This document shows positions 1-12,579 of a stretch of 64,000 nucleotides of DNA, piece by piece. Below the pieces are notes generated by a model. That model was given only the letters and a program-made list of their open reading frames with translations, was not told the origin of the DNA and ran no database searches. The stretch is from the human T2T-CHM13v2.0 reference genome, Homo sapiens. The number at the start of each line of letters is the position of its first letter. The stretch's first letter is position 1. Where the stretch lies: the NCBI RefSeq assembly GCF_009914755.1, contig NC_060939.1. One strand, written 5' to 3'. A program made the translations under genes and the position numbers.

Positions 1-711
1 TTCCATTCAGTTCCATTCCATTCTGTTCCATTCCATTCCGTTCCATTACATTCCATTCCATTCGGTACCATTCCATATTGTTCCATTCGATTCCATTCGA
101 ATCCATTCCATTCCAGTCCATTCCATTCGATTCCATTCCATTCATTTCAATTCCATTCCATTCCATTCCATTACATTCCACTTGATTCCTCTCCATTCCC
201 TTCCACTGCATTCCGTTCGATTCCATTCCATTGCATTGCATTCCATTCCATTGGATTGCATTCCATTCGATTCCATTCCATTCGAATCAATTACATAGCA
301 ATCCATTACATTCGAGTCTATTCTCTTCCGTTCCATTCGATTTCGTTCCAATCCATTCGATTCCATTCCATTCGATTCCATTCCATACTATTGCATTCCA
401 TTCGATTACATTATATTCGAATAATTTCCATTCAAGACCATTTCATTTGAGTCCATTCTATTTGAGTCCATTCCCTTTGATTCCATAACATTTGAGTCCA
501 TTCAATTCCATTCCTTTCGTTTCCATTCCATTTGATGCCATTCCATTCAATTCTGTTCTACTCGACTCCAATACATTCAATTCCATTCCATCCGATTCCA
601 TTACATTCTTTTCATTTCTTATCCATTTCAAGCCATTCCACTCCATTCCATTCCACTCGTTTCCTTTCCATTCGAGTCCATTCCTCTCCAGTCCATTCCG
701 TTCAATCCATT

Positions 712-768
712 CCATTCCAGTCCATTCCATTCGAGTCCGTTCCATTCCAGTCCATTCCATTCGAGTCA
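712..768. repeat. 25-bp subrepeat (CCATTCCAGTCCATTCCATTCGAGT)x2 inside each monomer
   Basis: Two consecutive 25-bp copies. A related 25-bp series (CGTGT/CGTAT/TGTGT...CCAGT) lies at ~1602-1670 in the other half of the monomer. Confidence 0.85.
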
Positions 769-1560
769 ATTCCATTCCATTCGATGTCTTTCCATAACGA
801 TCCATTCCATTCTATTCCTTTCGACTCCATTCCATTCTATTTCATTCCATTCGATTCCCTTCCATTGGACTCCTTTCCATTCGAGTGCATTCCATTCCGT
901 TCCATTTCTTTCCGTTCTGTACGATTCCTACCGTTCGATTTCATTTTGTTCCAGTCCATTCCTTTCGCGTCCATTCCATTCCATTTCACTCCATTCGATT
1001 CCATTCCACTCGATTCCACTTCGTTCCATTTCATTGCATTCCATTCTATTCAACTCTATTGCCTTCCATTCCATTCGATTCGATTACATTCCATGCGATT
1101 CCATTCGAAATCGAATCAATTACATTGCAATCCATTACTATTGAGTCCGTTTTATTCCAGTCCACTGCATTCTGGTCCATTCCATTTGATTCCATTCCAT
1201 TCTATTCCATTCCATACAGTTGCATTCCATTGGATTCCATGCTATATCTATAAATTCAATTCGAGACCATTGCTTTTGAGTCCATTCTATATGATTCCAT
1301 TCCATTCAAGTCCATTACATTTGGTTAAATTCCATTCCATTCGGTTCAATTCCATTCCATTCCATTCCCTTCCATTCCATTCCAGTTGATATCAATCCAT
1401 TCGATTCCATTCCATTCGAGCACATTCCATTCGAGTCCATTCCATTCGATGCCATTCCATTTGATTCTATTCCATTAGTCTCCATTCAATTCCATTAATC
1501 TCCATTCCATTCCATTCTACTCCAACTGATTCCATTCCATTCTATTCCTTTTTATTCCAT

Positions 1561-1602
1561 TTCATTCCATTCCATTCCATTCCATTCCATTCCATTCCAT
1601 TC
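1561..1602. repeat. Length-variable pure (CATTC)n tract, at the same position in every monomer
   Basis: About 8 pentamers here, about 10 at 6921-6972, about 5 at 10548-10573, about 4 at 59011-59030. In other units it is interrupted by TTTC or CGCTT. Confidence 0.9.
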
Positions 1603-4600
1603 GTGTCCATTCCACTCCAGTCCATTCCATTCGTATCCATTCCATTCCAGTCCATTCCATTTGTGTCCACTGCATTCCATTCCACTCCATTCCATATTAT
1701 TCCATTACACTCCATTCCATTCTATTACTTTCATTTCCATTCAATTCCATTCCATTTGATTCCATTCCACTCGGTTTCATTCCATTTGAGTCCACTCCAT
1801 TCCATTCCATTCCATTCAGTTCCATTCCATTCTGTTCCATTCCATTCCGTTCCGTTACATTCCATTCCATTCGGTACCATTCCATATTGTTCCATTCGAT
1901 TCCATTCGAATCCATTCCATTCCAGTCCATTCCATTCGATTCCATTCCATTCATTTCAATTCCATTCCATTCCATTCCATTACATTCCACTTGATTCCTC
2001 TCCATTCACTTCCACTGCATTCCGTTCGATTCCATTCCATTGCATTGCATTCCATTCCATTGGATTGCATTCCATTCGATTCCATTCCATTCGAATCAAT
2101 TACATAGCAATCCATTACATTCGAATCTATTCTCTTCCGTTCCATTCGATTTCGTTCCAATCCATTCGATTCCATTCCATTCGATTCCATTCCATACTAT
2201 TGCATTTCATTCGATTACATTATATTCGAATAAGTTCCATTCAAGACCATTTCTTTTGAGTCCATTCTATTTGAGTCCATTCCCTTTGAATCCATAACAT
2301 TTGAGTCCATTCAATTCCATTCCTTTCGTTTTCATTCCATTTGATGCCATTCCATTCAATTCTGTTCTACTCGACTCCAATACATTCAATTCCATTCCAT
2401 CCGATTCCATTACATTCTTTTCATTTCTTATCCATTTCAAGCCATTCCACTCCATTCCATTCCACTCGTTTCCTTTCCATTCGAGTCCATTCCTCTCCAG
2501 TCCATTCCGTTCAATCCATTCCATTCCAGTCCATTCCATTCGAGTCCGTTCCATTCCAGTCCATTCCATTCGAGTCAATTCCATTCCATTCGATGTCTTT
2601 CCATAACGATCCATTCCATTCTATTCCTTTCGATTCCATTCCATTCTATTTCATTCCATTCGATTCCCTTCCATTGGACTCCTTTCCATTCGAGTGCATT
2701 CCATTCCGTTCCATTTCTTTCCGTTCTGTACGATTCCTACCGTTCGATTTCATTTTGTTCCAGTCCATTCCTTTCGCGTCCATTCCATTCCATTTCACTC
2801 CATTCGATTCCATTCCACTCGATTCCACTTCGTTCCATTTCATTGCATTCCATTCTATTCAACTCTATTGCCTTCCATTCCATTCCATTCGATTACATTC
2901 CATGCGATTCCATTCGAAATCGAATCAATTACATTGCAAACCATTACTATTGAGTCCGTTTTATTCCAGTCCACTGCATTCTTGTCCATTCCATTTGATT
3001 CCATTCCATTCTATTCCATTCCATACAGTTGCATTCCATTGGATTCCATGCTATATCTATAAATTCAATTCGAGACCATTGCTTTTGAGTCCATTCTATA
3101 TGATTCCATTCCATTCAAGTCCATTACATTTGGTTCAATTCCATTCCATTCCATTCCCTTTCATTCCATTCCATTTGATATCAATCCATTCGATTCCATT
3201 CCATTCGAGCACATTCCATTCGAGTCCATTCCATTCGATGCCATTCCATTTGATTCTATTCCATTAGTCTCCATTCAATTCCATTAATCTCCATTCCATT
3301 CCATTCTACTCCAACTGATTCCATTCCATTCTATTCCTTTCCATTCCATTTCATTCCATTCCATTCCATTTCATTCCGTTCCATTCCACTCGTGTCCATT
3401 CCACTCCAGTCCATTCCATTCGTGTCCATTCCATTCCAGTCCATTCCATTTGTGTCCACTGCATTCCATTCCACTCCATTCCATATTATTCCATTACACT
3501 CCATTCCATTCTATTACTTTCATTTCCATTCAATTCCATTCCATTTGATTCCATTCCACTCGGTTTCATTCCATTTGAGTCCACTCCATTCCATTCCATT
3601 CCATTCCATTCAGTTCCATTCCATTCCGTTCCATTACATTCCATTCCATTCGGTACCATTCCATATTGTTCCATTCGATTCCATTCGAATCCATTCCATT
3701 CCAGTCCATTCCATTCGATTCCATTCCATTCATTTCAATTCCATTCCATTCCATTCCATTCCATTCCACTTGATTCCTCTCCATTCCCTTCCACTGCATT
3801 CCGTTCGATTCCATTCCATTGCATTGCATTCCATTCCTTTGGATTGCATTCCATTCGATTCCATTCCATTCGAATCAATTACATAGCAATCCATTACATT
3901 CGAGTCTATTCTATTCCGTTCCATTCGATTTCGTTCCAATCCATTCGATTCCATTCCATTCGATTCCATTCCATACTATTGCATTCCATTCGATTACATT
4001 ATATTCGAATAAGTTCCATTCAAGACCATTTCTTTTGAGTCCATTCTATTTGAGTCCATTCCCTTTGATTCCATAACATTTGAGTCCATTCAATTCCATT
4101 CCTTTCGTTTCCATTCCATTTGATGCCATTCCATTCAATTCTGTTCTACTCGACTCCAATACATTCAATTCCATTCCATCCGATTCCATTACATTCTTTT
4201 CATTTCTTATCCATTTCAAGCCATTCCACTCCATTCCATTCCACTCGTTTCCTTTCCATTCGAGTCCATTCCTCTCCAGTCCATTCCGTTCAATCCATTC
4301 CATTCCAGTCCATTCCATTCGAGTCCGTTCCATTCCAGTCCATTCCATTCGAGTCAATTCCATCCCATTCGATGTCTTTCCATAACGATCTATTCCATTC
4401 TATTCCTTTCGATTCCATTCCATTCTATTTCATTCCATTCGATTCCCTTCCATTGGACTCCTTTCCATTCGAGTGCATTCCATTCCGTTCCATTTCTTTC
4501 CGTTCTGTACGATTCCTACCGTTCGATTTCATTTTGTTCCAGTCCATTCCTTTCGCGTCCATTCCATTCCATTTCACTCCATTCGATTCCATTCCACTCG

Positions 4601-7600
4601 ATTCCACTTCGTTCCATTTCATTGCATTCCATTCTATTCAACTCTATTGCCTTCCATTCCATTCGATTCGATTACATTCCATGCGATTCCATTCGAAATC
4701 GAATCAATTACATTGCAATCCATTACTATTGAGTCCATTTTATTCCAGTCCACTGCATTCTGGTCCATTCCATTTGATTCCATTCCATTCTATTCCATTC
4801 CATACAGTTGCATTCCATTGAACTCCATTGTATATCTATAAATTCAATTCGAGACCATTGCTTTTGAGTCCATTATATATGATTCCATTCCATTCAAGTC
4901 CATTACATTTGGTTCAATTCCATTCCATTCCATTCCCTTCCATTCCATTCCAGTTGATATCAATCCATTCGATTCCATTCCATTCGAGCACATTCCATTC
5001 GAGTCCATTCCATTCGATGCCATTCCATTTGATTCTATTCCATTAGTCTCCATTCAATTCCATTAATCTCCATTCCATTCCATTCTACTCCAACTGATTC
5101 CATTCCATTCTATTCCTTTCCATTCCATTTCATTCCATTCCATTCCATTTCATTCCATTCCATTCCATTCCATTCCATTCGCTTCCATTCCATTCGTGTC
5201 CATTGCATTCCAGTCCATTCCGTTTGTGTCCACTGCATTCCATTCCACTCCATTCCATATTATTCCATTACACTCCATTCCATTCTATTACTTTCATTTC
5301 CATTGAATTCCATTCCATTTGATTCCATTCCACTCGGTTTCATTCCATTTGAGTCCAATCCACTCCATTCCATTCCATTCCATTCCATTCAGTTCCATTC
5401 CATTCTGTTCCATTCCATTCCGTTCCATTGCATTCCATTCCATTCGGTACCATTCCATATTGTTCCATTCGATTCCATTCGAATCCATTCCATTCCAGTC
5501 CATTCCATTCGATTCCATTCCATTCCTTTCAATTCCATTCCATTCCATTCCATTCCACTTGATTCCACTCCATTCCCTTCCACTGCATTCCATTGCATTG
5601 CATTCCATTCCATTGGACTGCATTCCATTCGATTCCATTCCATTCGAATCAATTACATAGCAATCCATTACATTCGAGTCTATTCTATTGCGTTCCATTC
5701 GATTTCGTTCCAATCCATTCGATTCCATTCCATTCGATTCCATTCCATACTATTGCATTCCATTCTATTACATTATATTCGAAAAAGTTCCATTCAAGAC
5801 CATTTCTTTTGAGTCCATTCTATTTGAGTCCATTCCCTTTGATTCCATAACATTTGAGTCCATTCAATTCCATTCCTTTCGTTTCCATTCCATTTGATGC
5901 CATTCCATTCAATTCTGTTCTACTCGACTCCAATACATTCAATTCCATTCCATCCGATTCCATTACATTCTTTTCATTTCTTATCCATTTCAAGCCATTC
6001 CACTCCATTCCATTCCACTCGTTTCCTTTCCATTCGAGTCCATTCCTCTCCAGTCCATTCCGTTCAATCCATTCCATTCCAGTCCATTCCATTCGAGTCT
6101 GTTCCATTCCAGTCCATTCCATTCGAGTCAATTCCATCCCATTCGATGTCTTTCCATAACGATCCATTCCATTCTATTCCTTTCGATTCCATTCCATTCT
6201 ATTTCATTCCATTCGATTCCCTTCCATTGGACTCCTTTCCATTCGAGTGCATTCCATTCCGTTCCATTTCTTTCCGTTCTGTACGATTCCTACCGTTCGA
6301 TTTCATTTTCTTCCAGTCCATTCTTTCGCGTCCATTCCATTCCATTTCACTCCATTCGATTCCATTCCACTCGATTCCACTTCGTTCCATTTCATTGCAT
6401 TCCATTCTATTCAACTCTATTGCCTTCCATTCCATTCCATTCGATTACATTCCATGCGATTCCATTCGAAATCGAATCAATTACATTGCAATCCATTACT
6501 ATTGAGTCCGTTTTATTCCAGTCCACTGCATTCTGGTCCATTCCATTTGATTCCATTCCATTCTATTCCATTCCATACAGTTGCATTCCATTGGATTCCA
6601 TGCTATATCTATAAATTCAATTCGAGACCATTGCTTTTGAGTCCATTCTATATGATTCCATTCCATTCAAGTCCATTACATTTGGTTAAATTCCATTCCA
6701 TTCGGTTCAATTCCATTCCATTCCATTCCCTTCCATTCCATTCCAGTTGATATCAATCCATTCGATTCCATTCCATTCGAGCACATTCCATTCGAGTCCA
6801 TTCCATTCGATGCCATTCCATTTGATTCTATTCCATTAGTCTCCATTCAATTCCATTAATCTCCATTCCATTCCATTCTACTCCAACTGATTCCATTCCA
6901 TTCTATTCCTTTCCATTCCATTTCATTCCATTCCATTCCATTCCATTCCATTCCATTCCATTCCATTCCATTCGTGTCCATTCCACTCCAGTCCATTCCA
7001 TTCGTATCCATTCCATTCCAGTCCATTCCATTTGTGTCCACTGCATTCCATTCCACTCCATTCCATATTATTCCATTACACTCCATTCCATTCTATTACT
7101 TTCATTTCCATTCAATTCCATTCCATTTGATTCCATTCCACTCGGTTTCATTCCATTTGAGTCCACTCCATTCCATTCCATTCCATTCAGTTCCATTCCA
7201 TTCTGTTCCATTCCATTCCGTTCCGTTACATTCCATTCCATTCGGTACCATTCCATATTGTTCCATTCGATTCCATTCGAATCCATTCCATTCCAGTCCA
7301 TTCCATTCGATTCCATTCCATTCATTTCAATTCCATTCCATTCCATTCCATTACATTCCACTTGATTCCTCTCCATTCCCTTCCACTGCATTCCGTTCGA
7401 TTCCATTCCATTGCATTGCATTCCATTCCATTGGATTGCATTCCATTCGATTCCATTCCATTCGAATCAATTACATAGCAATCCATTACATTCGAGTCTA
7501 TTCTCTTCCGTTCCATTCGATTTCGTTCCAATCCATTCGATTCCATTCCATTCGATTCCATTCCATACTATTGCATTCCATTCTATTACATTATATTCGA

Positions 7601-10600
7601 ATAAGTTCCATTCAAGACCATTTCTTTTGAGTCCATTCTATTTGAGTCCATTCCCTTTGATTCCATAACATTTGAGTCCATTCAATTCCATTCCTTTCGT
7701 TTCCATTCCATTTGATGCCATTCCATTCAATTCTGTTCTACTCGACTCCAATACATTCAATTCCATTCCATCCGATTCCATTACATTCTTTTCATTTCTT
7801 ATCCATTTCAAGCAATTCCACTCCATTCCATTCCACTCGATTCCTTTCCATTCGAGTCCATTCCTCTCCAGTCCATTCCGTTCAATCCATTCCATTCCAG
7901 TCCATTCCATTCGAGTCCGTTCCATTCCAGTCCATTCCATTCGAGTCAATTCCATTCCATTCGATGTCTTTCCATAACGATCCATTCCATTCTATTCCTT
8001 TCGATTCCATTCCATTCTATTTCATTCCATTCGATTCCCTTCCATTGGACTCCTTTCCATTCGAGTGCATTCCATTCCGTTCCATTTCTTTCCGTTCTGT
8101 ACGATTCCTACCGTTCGATTTCATTTTGTTCCAGTCCATTCTTTCGCGTCCATTCCATTCCATTTCACTCCATTCGATTCCATTCCACTCGATTCCACTT
8201 CGTTCCATTTCATTGCATTCCATTCTATTCAACTCTATTGCCTTCCATTCCATTCGATTCGATTACATTCCATGCGATTCCGTTCGAAATCGAATCAATT
8301 ACATTGCAATCCATTACTATTGAGTCCATTTTATTCCAGTCCACTGCATTCTGGTCCATTCCATTTGATTCCATTCCATTCTATTCCATTCCATACAGTT
8401 GCATTCCATTGGATTCCATGCTATATCTATAAATTCAATTCGAGACCATTGCTTTTGAGTCCATTCTATATGATTCCATTCCATTCAAGTCCATTACATT
8501 TGGTTAAATTCCATTCCATTCGGTTCAATTCCATTCCATTCCATTCCCTTCCATTCCATTCCAGTTGATATCAATCCATTCGATTCCATTCCATTCGAGC
8601 ACATTCCATTCGAGTCCATTCCATTCGATGCCATTCCATTTGATTCTATTCCATTAGTCTCCATTCAATTCCATTAATCTCCATTCCATTCCATTCTACT
8701 CCAACTGATTCCATTCCATTCTATTCTTTTCCATTCCATTTCATTCCATTCCATTCAATTCCATTCCATTCCATTCCATTCGTGTCCATTCCACTCCAGT
8801 CCATTCCATTGGTATCCATTCCATTCCAGTCCATTCCATTTGTGTCCACTGCATTCCATTCCACTCCATTCCATATTATTCCATTACACTCCATTCCATT
8901 CTATTACTTTCATTTCCATTCAATTCCATTCCATTTGATTCCATTCCACTCGGTTTCATTCCATTTGAGTCCACTCCATTCCATTCCATTCCATTCAGTT
9001 CCATTCCATTCTGTTCCATTCCATTCCGTTCCATTACATTCCATTCCATTCGGTACCATTCCATATTGTTCCATTCGATTGCATTCGAATCCATTCCATT
9101 CCAGTCCATTCCATTCGATTCCATTCCATTCATTTCAATTCCATTCCATTCCATTCCATTACATTCCACTTGATTCCTCTCCATTCCCTTCCACTGCATT
9201 CCGTTCGATTCCATTCCATTGCATTGCATTCCATTCCATTGGATTGCATTCCATTCGATTCCATTCCATTCGAATCAATTACATAGCAATCCATTACATT
9301 CGAGTCTATTCTCTTCCGTTCCATTCGATTTCATTCCAATCCATTCGATTCCATTCCATTCGATTCCATTCCATACTATTGCATTCCATTCGATTACATT
9401 ATATTCGAATAAGTTCCATTCAAGACCATTTCTTTTGAGTCCATTCTATTTGAGTCCATTCCCTTTGATTCCATAACATTTGAGTCCATTCAATTCCATT
9501 CCTTTCGTTTCCATTCCATTTGATGCCATTCCATTCAATTCTGTTCTACTCGACTCCAATACATTCAATTCCATTCCATCCGATTCCATTACATTCTTTT
9601 CATTTCTTATCCATTTCAAGCCATTCCACTCCATTCCATTCCACTCGTTTCCTTTCCATTCGAGTCCATTCCTCTCCAGTCCATTCCGTTCAATCCATTC
9701 CATTCCAGTCCATTCCATTCGAGTCCATTCCATTCCAGTCCATTCCATTCGAGTCAATTCCATTCCATTCGATGTCTTTCCATAACGATCCATTCCATTC
9801 TATTCCTTTCGATTCCATTCCATTCTATTTCATTCCATTCGATTCCCTTCCATTGGACTCCTTTCCATTCGAGTGCATTCCATTCCATTCCATTTCTTTC
9901 CGTTCTGTACGATTCCTACCGTTCGATTTCATTTTGTTCCAGTCCATTCTTTCGCGTCCATTCCATTCCACTTCACTCCATTCGATTCCATTCCACTCGA
10001 TTCCACTTCGTTCCATTTCATTGCATTCCATTCTATTCAACTCTATTGCCTTCCATTCCATTCCATTCGATTACATTCCATGCGATTCCATTCGAAATCG
10101 AATCAATTACATTGCAATCCATTACTATTGAGTCCGTTTTATTCCAGTCCACTGCATTCTGGTCCATTCCATTTGATTCCATTCCATTCTATTCCATTCC
10201 ATACAGTTGCATTCCATTGGATTCCATGCTATATCTATAAATTCAATTCGAGACCATTGCTTTTGAGTCCATTCTATATGATTCCATTCCATTCAAGTCC
10301 ATTACATTTGGTTAAATTCCATTCCATTCGGTTCAATTCCATTCCATTCCATTCCCTTCCATTCCATTCCAGTTGATATCAATCCATTCGATTCCATTCC
10401 ATTCGAGCACATTCCATTCGAGTCCATTCCATTCGATGCCATTCCATTTGATTCTATTCCATTAGTCTCCATTCAATTCCATTAATCTCCATTCCATTCC
10501 ATTCTACTCCAACTGATTCCATTCCATTCTATTCCTTTCCATTCCATTTCATTCCATTCCATTCCATTCCATTCGTGTCCATTCCACTCCAGTCCATTCC

Positions 10601-12579
10601 ATTCGTATCCATTCCATTCCAGTCCATTCCATTTGTGTCCACTGCATTCCATTCCACTCCATTCCATATTATTCCATTACACTCCATTCCATTCTATTAC
10701 TTTCATTTCCATTCAATTCCATTCCATTTGATTCCATTCCACTCGGTTTCATTCCATTTGAGTCCACTCCATTCCATTCCATTCCATTCAGTTCCATTCC
10801 ATTCTGTTCCATTCCATTCCGTTCCATTACATTCCATTCCATTCGGTACCATTCCATATTGTTCCATTCGATTCCATTCGAATCCATTCCATTCCAGTCC
10901 ATTCCATTCGATTCCATTCCATTCCTTTCAATTCCATTCCATTCCATTCCATTACATTCCACTTGATTCCTCTCCATTCCCTTCCACTGCATTCCGTTCG
11001 ATTCCATTCCATTGCATTGCATTCCATTCCATTGGATTGCATTCCATTCGATTCCATTCCATTCGAATCAATTACATAGCAATCCATTACATTCGAGTCT
11101 ATTCTCTTCCGTTCAATTCGATTTCGTTCCAATCCATTCGATTCCATTCCATTCGATTCCATTCCATACTATTGCATTCCATTCGATTACATTATATTCG
11201 AATAAGTTCCATTCAAGACCATTTCTTTTGAGTCCATTCTATTTGAGTCCATTCCCTTTGATTCCATAACATTTGAGTCCATTCAATTCCATTCCTTTCG
11301 TTTCCATTCCATTTGATGCCATTCCATTCAATTCTGTTCTACTCGACTCCAATACATTCAATTCCATTCCATCCGATTCCATTACATTCTTTTCATTTCT
11401 TATCCATTTCAAGCCATTCCACTCCATTCCATTCCACTCGTTTCCTTTCCATTCGAGTCCATTCCTCTCCAGTCCATTCCGTTCAATCCATTCCATTCCA
11501 GTCCATTCCATTCGAGTCCGTTCCATTCCAGTCCATTCCATTCGAGTCAATTCCATTCCATTCGATGTCTTTCCATAACGATCCATTCCATTCTATTCCT
11601 TTCGATTCCATTCCATTCTATTTCATTCCATTCGATTCCCTTCCATTGGACTCCTTTCCATTCGAGTGCATTCCATTCCGTTCCATTTCTTTCCGTTCTG
11701 TACGATTCCTACCGTTCGATTTCATTTTGTTCCAGTCCATTCTTTCGCGTCCATTCCATTCCATTTCACTCCATTCGATTCCATTCCACTCGATTCCACT
11801 TCGTTCCATTTCATTGCATTCCATTCTATTCAACTCTATTGCCTTCCATTCCATTCCATTCGATTACATTCCATGCGATTCCATTCGAAATCGAATCAAT
11901 TACATTGCAATCCATTACTATTGAGTCCGTTTTATTCCAGTCCACTGCATTCTGGTCCATTCCATTTGATTCCATTCCATTCTATTCCATTCCATACAGT
12001 TGCATTCCATTGGATTCCATGCTATATCTATAAATTCAATTCGAGACCATTGCTTTTGAGTCCATTCTATATGATTCCATTCCATTCAAGTCCATTACAT
12101 TTGGTTAAATTCCAATCCATTCGGTTCAATTCCATTCCATTCCATTCCCTTCCATTCCATTCCAGTTGATATCAATCCATTCGATTCCATTCCATTCGAG
12201 CACATTCCATTCGAGTCCATTCCATTCGATGCCATTCCATTTGATTCTATTCCATTAGTCTCCATTCAATTCCATTAATCTCCATTCCATTCCATTCTAC
12301 TCCAACTGATTCCATTCCATTCTATTCCTTTCCATTCCATTTCATTCCATTCCATTCCATTCCATTCCATTCGTGTCCATTCCACTCCAGTCCATTCCAT
12401 TCGTATCCATTCCATTCCAGTCCATTCCATTTGTGTCCACTGCATTCCATTCCACTCCATTCCATATTATTCCATTACACTCCATTCCATTCTATTACTT
12501 TCATTTCCATTCAATTCCATTCCATTTGATTCCATTCCACTCGGTTTCATTCCATTTGAGTCCACTCCATTCCATTCCA

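Larger units (their letters stand above)
492..2300. repeat. Representative complete monomer (unit 1, 1809 bp)
   Basis: Anchor to anchor 492-2301. Contains the landmarks GTACGATTCCTACCG (~919), TTTCGCG (~963), CGAAATCGAATCAATTAC (~1106), CTATATCTATAAATT (~1242), GATATC (1388), GGTACC (1873). Confidence 0.95.

Noticed and set aside
1242-1258. TATA-like CTATATCTATAAATT once per monomer
   Set aside because: It is the diverged counterpart of TTATATTCGAATAAGTT in the other half of the monomer. No other promoter evidence is present and the motif alone is insufficient.
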